Source: Zygnema circumcarinatum SAG 698-1b (Eukaryota; Plantae; Zygnematophyceae). Taken from it: 64,000 bases of DNA. Each line of letters opens with the position of its first letter. The first letter of the stretch is position 1. Positions 1 through 10,400 of this stretch are shown piece by piece. A model generated the notes under the pieces. The model saw nothing but the letters and a program-made list of their open reading frames with translations, was not told the origin of the DNA and made no database searches. The position numbers were made by a program, and so were the translations under genes. Where the stretch lies: NCBI GenBank assembly GCA_037447605.1, contig CM074804.1, forward strand, positions 8,161,909-8,225,908, given 5' to 3'.

Positions 1-3000
1 CCACTGGGACTGACTCTACGGTTACATGCTCAAGGTCAATATAACTAGTTACCGGTTCCGTAGAATTGAGAGAGTCTTGGATTTCCCTGTCGAAATTAGG
101 GTTTTCAGGGTCTGTTTTTCTGCCTTCTTCAGGGACGTGCCTTTGCCAGTGCAGGCGAAGTCTCCCAACCGTTAGATCTGAAGATGTGACCAATGGGGTG
201 ATGCGGAAAAGCCTCGTAAAAGCCTCTCCCTCAGAGAGAACGAGCCCTCCTGAACCCTTCTCTCCCTGAGCTCCCAAAGCAGCCCCCTGCATACTCCTAC
301 CCTCTCCCTCACTCCCTCTCCCATCTTCTCTCTCACTGATAGGAAGTACTTGGCACGCCTTCTCGTCGGCCTCCTCTACCACCATTTGGAGCAGTCTCAC
401 AGGGACAATAGAGGTGCTTCTCAAACACACTACCATTGTACACGTGTCATTCAGTGGGAGAGCAGCTGCGCGGGTTGGAGCCTCTCCCTCTCCCCCTACG
501 TTGCTTCCGCCGGCCACTCGCGTGCCGCCACCTGGCAGCAATGCATCCTTCCGGAAGGGGCCCAAATACCTTACAGTAGCAGAAAAAGCCGCAAAGCTGC
601 TCATATTCAGGCTTTGAGAAACATGGAAATAGCTGCTTCTCCCTCCCTCCTCCGAACCTCCCTCTCCTGTCTCCTTCTGAACTGTGTACGAAAGAGTAGC
701 AGTGAGAGAGGCTCTCCCTGCCTCCCTCCACCTCACATACACAACTGCTTTCCATAGACTGCCTTTTGCTACAGGTGGAATTTCCAACACAACCCCAAAC
801 TTGGGCTCTGAACCCTCCAAACCCACCCCTTCAGCAAGCTCAGCATTCTCCCCCTTTTCAGGGTTTCTCGAAAAAATGGAGTTTTTAGGGTTGTGGGGCG
901 GCTGAGCTTCAACGAAAATTTCCGCGGGTGCCCGAACATCGCTTCCGGGAGAAGCAGCCAATGGCTGACTGCCAGGTGGCGCCATCGACGAATGGGAGGA
1001 AGTTACTAGAAGCCGAAGTTTTCCTTGTTGGACAAAATGACCTGTTGATTCGAGCTCAATGTGAACAGGGAGTGCTTCTCCTATAAGAGCAGACTCCGTT
1101 GCTTTAAGATGAAGATTTACAAGAGCCTCCTCCTCCTCTACCTCTATCCATGGCTGCCCTGCCATAGAGAGAATAGGGTCTAGAAAGGGAACATTTTCAG
1201 AAGAGCGTTCAAACATCCAAAGGGGGGTGGAGTCTACAAGAGAGGGAGGCACAATGCTGCAGGAGAGAGTGGCGTAGGGAGATACATGGAGGGTCAGTTT
1301 AACGCATTCCGTTCGTCCGGAAGTACCTGACAAAACACACAAAAGTTTCGGGTGTTCAGTTTTTAGGGTTTGGAGGGCTTTCAGGAAATTTCTAGAGTTC
1401 TCTGCAAAGGTTGCTGTATTGTATTCTTACCTGCAATAACCCGGACAGAAATGCGCTTCCACTGCCCCCTCCTCAATGTAAGTTCAAGACTCCCTTCCAC
1501 TCCCTCTCCCTCTCCCACCCTTCCTCCCTCTCCCTCCCTCTCTCCCTCCCCACCTCCGTTCCGCAATACACAGTTCAACGAGGGATCACTGAACTGAACT
1601 TCCGCCCTCTCCAACTGCACGGGCTGAGGCAAGTGAGAGAGCAACCCCAACTGCAGCACTACCTCCGTTCCAATTTTCACTTTCTGCTCTACAAATGCAG
1701 CCGTTACAGTTACCGCTGTCCGTAACGGACTCTGTGCATCGACCCTCAGTTCTACGAGACTCTCTGCAGTCACTGTCATTCCCACCGTTCCGTCTACCGC
1801 TGGTAGCGTTGAAACTGTACCATGGAACAACCCCATCACTTCAGTAAAAACCACTGCATGTTGTAGCTCTCCTAGGGGTCCTGCAGGGCCAACTTCCGGC
1901 CCTACCACAGGGGGGGATGAACCTGGACTATCATCGGGAGATGGGAGAGCTGCAAGTTCTAAGGAGTATTCTAAGTATTCTTTAAGGGAGTTGAGATGTC
2001 GAGCACATTCTCGGAGATATCCGAGAGTTGCAGCAAGCAAGGGAGCCCACCCTTCTTTACGGTAAACTGTGGCTACATTCTCAAAGAGCCGTTTAGCGTT
2101 ACTGTATTCGCGAGCATGGAAATACTCGCGGCCCATTTCGCAGGCGAGTTGAGAGGCAGTTCTGACTGCATGGATCTGCTTGTACAGTTCGTGGGAACGG
2201 GACTGCAGTTCTATGACTGCGTGGGCCGGCGTTGTACTCTTTCCAACAAGCAGCTCGTGTTTGAGGTACTCGTTCTCCGTTGGCCTGCAATCATACCCTT
2301 CCTAACTCATATGGTTACCAAACAACATGAGAGAGAAAACTTGCAAGATTTTATGAAACATAGAGCATCTTCCGGTGCTGAGGATTGGGGATTGGGGATT
2401 TTTTTTCTTCTTTTTGAAAATTTTCGGAAGTTTCTCCGTTCCATAAAGAAACTTCAGAATAGAGAGCCCTACAACCCATCTAAGTTCCCTAAAAACCACG
2501 AATCCTGAAGGACTTTAAATATTCTAGTATACACTCGATTGAGTCTACAGATTGAAAAGAAGGGAGTGACTAACCTTTGGTCATGAACGGATGATCCTCG
2601 ACCAATGAGACGTGGGGCTTGACCAATATAGAGGGAGGGAGCCACCTCCTCGGGAGGGCCTCTCAGCACATCCTCTCCCTCCACCTCCCCAAAAGCATCC
2701 AAAGCAGCAAACGCACTCTCAAAGCTCCGCCTCCATCTCAGCATGTGTGCCGCGGCGAGCTGCCATCACGGGTCAAACAAAAAAGGCATCACATGGTGAG
2801 AGAGAGAGAGTGGGAGAAACAGAGAGAGTGTGAGAGGGAGAGGGAGAGGGAGAGGGAGCGAGGGGGGGAGAGGGACAGTGGGGAAGAGGGAGAGAGGTGT
2901 GGGGGGGGCGAGGGAGAGGGAGAGGCGGGAGGAGGGAGAGAGAGAGGGGGGAGGAGGGAGAGGGAGAGGGAGAAGGGGGAGGAGGGAGAGTGAGAGGAAG

Positions 3001-6000
3001 GGGGAGAGTGAGAAGGAAAGGGAGAAGGAGAGCGAGAGGGAGAGGGGGGGAGAGGGAGAGGGGGAAAACGAGGGAGATGGAGAGGGAGCGAGAGAGGGAG
3101 AGGGGAGTTGAGGTCCGCTCTCACCTGGAAGTAGTGTGCAGGGTGGAGCTCTCTCTCCGTGATAGAAGGCAGAGAGAGAGAGGTAGTGATAGCGGGAGCG
3201 GAGGGCTGTCCCGCCGCCAGTCTTTGCTGAAGCACTTCTCCAAAAACGCGAAATTGGCGGGCCATAAATTTCCAGTGCAGAAATGCTCCTTCTAATGGCC
3301 CAATTTTGTTTCCAAAAAACGTGACGTGACGACCGAACCATCGGACTGCCTCGGTCTCCTTCCCGCTGTGCATTAAGAGAGTGAGGACTTTCACATGGAG
3401 CAGTTCTGCCACCGTTTTCAGTTCTACGATGCTCTGAATGGGCTGCATGTGGACGGGGGTGCTGACCAGTTGCCCCATCCAGCCCTGCATAGAATCCCGT
3501 TTCCGTTCCAACAGAAGCAGCAGCATTAAGAACATAGATTTCACATGTATTGACATGCATTCTCGTTGCTCACATAAATGCAGAAAATCCTAAAACTACC
3601 TCTCTGTCCAGGTTTTTTCTAAAGACCCAGAAAGGTCAGAAGCCCCAAACCCCACGGGACTTTAAGCAAGTAAAGTAAGGATTTAAAAAGGCCGATAAAT
3701 TATAAAAAAAAGATGGGAACGATCTATCCCAGCTTAATATCGCGAGTGTGAAATTGGCCTACCTCTTGGAGCGATGCATAAGCTGACTCATAGCTCTTCA
3801 AAGCGCTCATCCAATCTCTGCGAAACTCCGCATATGCTGCGATCTGGCAGCCCCGCGTGTCAATTGCAGTCAGCAAAAAGGCCAACAGGTTGACCCGGGT
3901 TGACCATGGTTGACCGGAATTGACCAGGGTGGACCTCGGATGACTAGAGACGACCAGGGTTGACCGTAGAGAAAACAAGAAGGCGAGAGAAAGGAGAGTA
4001 ATAGAGAGGGACGGAGAGAGAGAGACAGGGAGGGAGGGAGGGAGGGAGGGGAGGGAGGGAGGGAGGGAGGGAGGGAGGGGGAGGGAGGGAGGGGAGGGAA
4101 AGAGGGAGGGAGGGAGGGAGAGGGAGGGAGGGAGGGAGGGAGGGAGGGAGGAGGGAGGGAGGGAGGGAGGGAGGGAGGGAGGGGAGGGAGGGAGGGAGGG
4201 AGGGAGGGAGGGAGGGAGGGAGAGACGGAGGGAGGGAGGGAGGGAGGGAGAGACGGAGGGAGGGAGGGAGGGAGGGACGGAGGAAGGAAGGGAGGGAGGG
4301 ACGGAGGGAGGGAGGGAGGGAAAGAGGGAGGGAGGGAGAGGGAGGGGGAGAGGGAGAGAGAGAGAGAGGGAGGGGGAGGGGGGGAGGGAGGGAGTGAGAG
4401 AGCGAGAGGGAGAGAGGGAGAGGGAGAGGGGCACCTTGAAGTAGTAGCGTACGTTGAGCTCCCAGTGGCTGTAGGCCTTCCGCTCGAGGCGAGCCCTCAC
4501 CCGCCGCCCCTCCTCGCGGTAGAACGAATTCAGCAGCTCCGCCACCAGCGCGCCCATTCTGCCCACCCTCGTTCGGTCAGTTCAGGGCTACGGATTCAGG
4601 GTTTCGAGTTGAGGGTGAAGGGTTTAGGGTTCAGGGTTTGGGGTCAAGGGTATAAGGTCAGTTGGTTCAAGGTTTGGGGTCAGGGCGCTAGGGTTCACAA
4701 ATTTCAGGGTTTTCACCTTGTTTGGACTATCGCAGGTTTCAGGGAGTTCAGAATCGTCACGATTTTTTTAAACCTAGGGTTTTGAGTTCGTAAAAAAAGT
4801 CAGCGAGGATTTGAGAGATTCAACCATCATCATTAGTAAAATAGTCCTCAGAGGAATTGGCCTTCTGAGGATTACTGTAACCCTCAGTCTCCTAGAGGTA
4901 AAAGCTTTCCAAGAATGCTCTTCGAATAATAGAAGCACGATGCGAATGCGAATGGTTATGCAATGTACCTGACGAGGGAGCGCTTTAGGTCTGCAGGATC
5001 TCCATATGTGAATGTCATAATGCAGCGTGGCTCCACTTCCGCACGCTTTCTCAGAGCTATAAACCGCTCCTCATTCATCTCTCCTGCACAACGGCAATGT
5101 GTCACAGAGAGCAGAAGAGGTCGGATGAAGGCCCCGTGCACATGTGAGCAGTTGAACGGATTCCGGTCCTGCAAACCCTAACTGACATGGAAACGCTTTT
5201 ATTCAGAAACTTACCAACTGGCGAGGCCTGCAACATGAGCACCACGAGCTTCATCCCCCGCCCGCGCATCACATTCCTGCCCACTCACATACACCCTCCG
5301 TCACAACATGCGTCGGTAACCCTAACAAAAATGCTACCAAAAAAGTCCCTCCTTCTTTCCCTCCCTCCCTTCCTCCCTCGCCCTCCCTCCGTCCCCCCCT
5401 CCCCCTATCCCTTCCCCCCCCCTCCCCCCATTTCCCCTCCCTGTCGTTAAAGTAACCCTAATGTATCCCTTCCCCCCCCCCCCCTCCCTCCCCCTATCTC
5501 CCTCCGCCTCCTGCCTCCCTCTACCCTCCCCCCTCCCTCCCTCCCTCCTCCTCCCCCTCCCCCCTCCCCCTCCCTCCCCCTACCTCCCTCCGTCCCCTGC
5601 CTCCCTCCCTCCCTCCCCCTCCCTCCCTCCCTCCCTCCCTCCCCTCCCTCCCTCCCCCTACCCTCCCTTCCCCCTCCCTCCCTCCTCACCTGACCATGTC
5701 CACCTGCGCACAAACCTCCTCCCATGCCTCCCCCCCTCCATAGATGTGCTCCCGCTCCAGCAGCAGCGCGAGCACCGCCGGCTTCTCCCGCGCGTGCTTG
5801 CGCAGCCACGCGGCCTTCAGCACGCCCACGGGCGGCGCCGTCTTGGCGTCCGCCGCCCGCCTCTCCCGCCCGCCCACCGCCTCCGCCTCCGCCGCGCCGC
5901 CCAGCGAGAGCGCGCCCGCGGGCGGCTGCAGCGCGCCCAGGAAGGCGGCGACCTGCGCGTGCAGCCGCACGCCTCCCACCAGGGCCACGAGCGGCATCGG

Positions 6001-6033
6001 GGGGGTCAGGAACTCCGGGGGATACTCGTCCAT
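1..6033 (-). CDS. TRAPPC11: Trafficking protein particle complex subunit 11 (Foie gras/Gryzun domains), 3' end outside window
   Basis: Nine in-frame GT-AG exons: 6033-5690, 5276-5215, 5083-4969, 4558-4435, 3843-3763, 3484-3125, 2759-2575, 2284-1431, 1326-<1. Peptides MDEYPPEFLTPPMPLVAL, FYREEGRRVR...RYYFK, IAAYAEFRRDW, FLHWKFMARQFRVF, YRKEGWAPLL...GYLREC and LLSHLPQPVQL match plant TRAPPC11 as I recall it. Confidence 0.95.
3888..3966. repeat. Eight degenerate 10-bp units (GGTTGACCNN) in TRAPPC11 intron 4
   Basis: TTGACC at 3890, 3900, 3910, 3920 and 3960, with degenerate units between on the same 10-bp register. Confidence 0.85.
4028..4430. repeat. (GGGA)n polypurine tract, intronic
   Basis: About 400 bp of gggaggga repeats directly after the exon 4 donor of TRAPPC11. 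Confidence 0.95.
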
Positions 6034-6442
6034 GGCGCCCCGGAAGGGAGAGGGAGGGAGGAAGGGAGGGAGGGAGGGAAAGAGGGAGGGAGGGGGAGGA
6101 AGAGGGAGTGGGAGGGATGGAGTGGAAGGCGAACCCTAACCCTAATGAAGGGCGTGCTGCTAGGAGCTGAAAAGGGTCTGTTTCTTTAATGTGCGAACTT
6201 ATTTGGTGGGGGAGTTCATCAAGGATGGCGTGCCACGTGTGCAGAGTTGTACATGTGATCGATCGCAATTGGTCAAGGAAATGTTTGACTGTACCATGGA
6301 ACTGTTGGAATCACTGAGAAGTAACGGACACTGGAACTGAGAGAGGTCTTGAATGTAAAAGCGTAAGGACCAGTTTAACGGCCGTGACAAGGATACATTG
6401 CAGATATTTTGAACTTTTGAATTGTTCAAGGGAGTTTCTATT

Positions 6443-6567
6443 TACACACCTTTTTATCTAGATACACACCTTTTCTGAAAAAAAATATCCCCAATACCAT
6501 AACGACTATAAAAGTAAAATCTGACCGGGGAAAAGAGGTGTGTACCTAGACAAAAAAAAGCTGTGTA
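6443..6567. repeat. Imperfect ~33-37 bp inverted repeat with ~55 bp AT-rich spacer (MITE-like or hairpin)
   Basis: Left arm tacacacctttttatctagatacacaccttttc (6443-6475); reverse complement of the right arm (6530-6567) is tacacagcttttttttgtctaggtacacacctcttttc. Confidence 0.7.
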
Positions 6568-7301
6568 TGTCGTATTTTCCATTGGTCAATTCAAATACTT
6601 TCTGATCTCTTGGAAATTTGGACCTTTTTGCAGATGAACATTTGAGCTTTTCTAAAGTGATTCAATGTTCAGTGTTCAATTGCATTGGGTTCAAAATGAT
6701 GGAAATTCGACCACCCGAGCGACCAGATTCAATGAACCACCAAATCCGCCCGTCACATTTGGGACTGGGATTCGAAAATCAGATATAATATGCGACATTG
6801 AGATACTCTGCCGTATGTCGTACGGCTGTTCTTGTCGTAACTGCCGTTCGGAAGGCGCTGATTCGCGGAGGCCATTTTTCTTGTCGTTTAGCTGTCGACA
6901 TTTCTGTCGTGAAGCAATCTTCTGTTCGTAAATATCATCCGAAGTTTTTTGGAATTTAGATAAACGACAAGAAGGTTTCCACGCCGTTTGGCAAAGCTCC
7001 AAGCAGCCAAAACGTACGGCACCGTTAGAAACCGGTTCATCCGTACAGTACAGTTTTCCCGCCCAGCCGGCAGGTCCGGCACTTCCTGCGACCCTTATAG
7101 ACGTCGTTTACCAATCAGAGGCCCCATTTTTAGTCGCACGCATGTCGCCTGCCTGCGACTGCCAGCCGTTGTTGTCGGCCACTCAAAGACCGGCAGAGAC
7201 CGTCAATTTTTTGGCCATCCCCTCTTCCTAGCTAGCGTCCCCCCCGTTTCGGTTTCTTCTCCCTCCGAGCTCCAAAGGCGCCATTTTCGCCCCTCTGGAT
7301 C

Positions 7302-7453
7302 GCGGCGCATTTTGGGGCATACCGGACCGTCCGTTTTAGGGTTTTGGAAGGAGCTGCGGATTTTGGGTCAAATCAGATCGTCCGTTTCAGGGTTTTGGAA
7401 GGAGCGGCGTATTTTGGGTCAATCCGGACCGTCCGTTTTAGGGTTTTGAAGCA
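7302..7453 (+). repeat. Three ~51-bp tandem units, most carrying a telo-box-like TTTAGGGTTTT, just upstream of the NLR-like start codon
   Basis: Units start at 7302, 7353 and 7404 (gcggcg..ttttggg..cgtccgttt[t/c]agggttttg[g]aag). Confidence 0.85.
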
Positions 7454-7487
7454 GCAGCGGTGGTCGGAGGCGAGGGTTTATGCATCC

Positions 7488-10400
7488 ATGGTGGTTTTGC
7501 AGCCTGAGCCTGAACCCCACCTCCTCGACGCGCAGGAACCGCCTTCCAGCAGCGCCTCAACCTTCTCCGACCCCAGTCTCCTCAGCTCACGCTCTGTGAG
7601 CGTTGATTTAGACCATGCGCGCTCTCAGCCGTTGGATTCCGCATCCCCCCCGACAGATGGCGCGGATCCAACGGCCCAAGATGCTCCTCCTCCCCTGCAG
7701 GTGAAGGAGAAGGCCGTCTCCTTCAGCCGCCATGTGGTGGTCCTGGACGACAAAATCCACCCAAAAAAGAAAAAAAATAAGAAGCTAAAGGCCATCGTGA
7801 AGCGCGCTCCCCGAAATTTAGCTGTAATGGAAGAGCATAGAAACCCTGAAGTGGAGAAGCTTCTGGCGAAGCTCCTGCAGGTCGCCACCTTCTGCCAATA
7901 TCACGCTGAACCCAAGGCGCTCAAGGAGAGGCCCGTCCTCTCGGAGCTCGTGAAGAAGGCGGCGTGGTGGAAGCTGGATTTCAGAGACTCTGAACGGATG
8001 AAGGAGAGCATGGAACGGGCGGTTCTGAGCTGCTTGGAGGAGTACTGCATGCCCGGGGAGGAGGTGCAATGGCTGGAGCTCATGGGGGTGGTGGAGCAGG
8101 TCAATGATATCGCAATGCAGCGCCTCGGGGAGGTAAGCGCTGAACCCTAAACCCGTTTTTTGGAACTTTAAGCTCTAAACCCTCAACATGAAATTTGACT
8201 CTGGGCCCGGATCCTTGCGGCTTTCTCTCCTCTTTATAGCTCAATCTCTCCTGCTCTCTCTTCTCCCCTCTTTCACCCCTCTCTGGCTCTTTCCATCTTC
8301 TCCTTTCTCTTCTCTCATTCTCCCTACACTGTTTTGTCTTTCTCCCTTTGCCTGTGTCGCTCACTTCCACTGCCTCCTATCCTGTCCTGACCTCTTCCAC
8401 TTCTTGTACATTCCCCATTGCTCTCTTATCCCCCATCCATTCGTCCAGAGTGCCTTCATCTCTTTTCCTAGTCTCTGACTCTTCCTCCTTCCTTCTTTAC
8501 TCACCTTCTCATCGCCCTGCCACTCTCCCGCCCTTCCTCGCTTCCCCTCTCCTTCTCCCTCTCCCCCCCCATACCATTCACCTCCTCCCCCTTGAACCCC
8601 CGACAATCGTTTGAACTCTGATTGCAATCCCTTTATCCTGAACCTCCCCTTACACCCTGAACCCCCTCTCTCTCTAAACACTCCTATCCAAACCCTAATC
8701 CCCCCCCTCCCCCCCCTCCCCTCGTTACCTTTACCTGCAGTGGCGAGTCTGCGGAGTGGCCCACGAGTTTGCGAGATCCGCCTTCATGCGCGGCTCCACT
8801 GCTCATGAGAGGCACGTTTTCAAGAAGCCTCTAAAGGCGCTGCTGCGTCTAATGGAGCCTCTGAAGAAGCTGGAGGCGAAGGTGGAGGCGAAAGTGAAGC
8901 TCTCGCGGGAGGAGAGGAAGCTCAAAAGGAGATTGGCTGAGCAAGTCTGTGAGGTGGGGAAGTAGGCATCCCAGAGTGGGTTAAGAAGCTATTGGAATTA
9001 CCAATTGTGTTGTGTTGTGTGGTCGTATTGTATTTTGGTATGGTAATGTATGGTATCCTATGGCACAGTATTAGAATTAAGTAGTCTTATAGTCGTACTG
9101 TATTGCAGAGCACCTGTTTTTTATGTTCTCTGAAGCCTAAGTCCCATTGGTAGGGCTTGAGTGCAGGTGGGTCTGTTCATCGGTTCGATCCGAAGGTCAG
9201 GCCAAGTAGTGACAGTCCTCCGAGCCACCGGAATGGAGGAATGTTTGGTGCAATTCGAGTACGAACTGAACAAAACATTGTTTGAATTGTACAACGATGG
9301 GATCCTCCTAAGCTTGAGTACTGAACATGTTCATCCCACGAGTCGCCCTTGGACCGTTCCCTACCCCCAAAACCACCTCTATCACGGACAAAACGAGCTT
9401 TTAGGAGAGATTTTTCGGTTCCTTCACTCGCAAGGAGACTGCGATTCCGTTGTACTTCCTCACTCTTCAAATCTTTCCAAGGAGTCAGTGAAGGGGCACC
9501 ATCGCTCGAGTTCTTCGGAGTCTGTGGAGTCGATTTCTATGACTACTGTAAACATGGCTCAGGTGAAGGGAAAGGGACTCTCAAAGAGGAAGGGAGGGAG
9601 GAAGGGTTTTTTTGTGATGAAGATGTGACTATCGAAACTAATGTCAAACATGCATAGGCCTGAACCCTGACGCCTAAAGCCTCAAATGCTAGAACCACTA
9701 TAGCCTCTACATCTTCAACCTCTACATATCCTAAAAGCTATAACAACGATATAAGAAATGCAGAAAGTCCCATAATGCTTAAGTTTCCGTAGGAGCTCTG
9801 AACTTCAGAACCTCAACATAACAAACCCATAACCCCAAACTACACAGAACCCTCAAAACCCAAAACCTTCCAATCTCCCATACCTCCTCCGCCAGACCCC
9901 ACGAACCCTAATACTACAAAACCCATAATCTCACCACCCTAACACCCTAAAAGCCCACCTAAAAACTCCAATCCCCAATCTGCCATACCTCCTCCCCCAA
10001 ACCCCACGAACCCTAATACCCCAAAACCCATAATCTCACCACCATAACACCCTAAAAAACCCACCTAAAAACCCATCTTTAAATCAAAATGCAATCCTGG
10101 GTGGGCCAGTCAGGAGCTCTGCTCCTTTGGGGTTTCAACGGCATGGGAAAATCCTCCATTGTTTTGGAATACGCTTACCGGAACGCGCTCGAGTACGATG
10201 GGGTGCTGTGGGTCGACTGCGACCCCTCGGCGGAAGAGGAGTTTGCAAACCTAGCAGACGCGCTTGATCTCGACGTGAAGATCTAAACCAAGACAAAAAC
10301 CCTGAAACATAAAATCTAAACCCGAGAGTTTGAAAGGTGTAGGTCAAGTCGTACGTAGAAAAAGAGAGGAAGAGGGAAGGGAAAAGGAAAGGCAAGTAGA

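Noticed and set aside
7302-7453. CRISPR-like arrays (also the 81-bp repeat at 13015-13253 and the decamers at 3888-3966)
   Set aside because: Contiguous tandem repeats with no unique spacers, a eukaryotic context and no cas genes.
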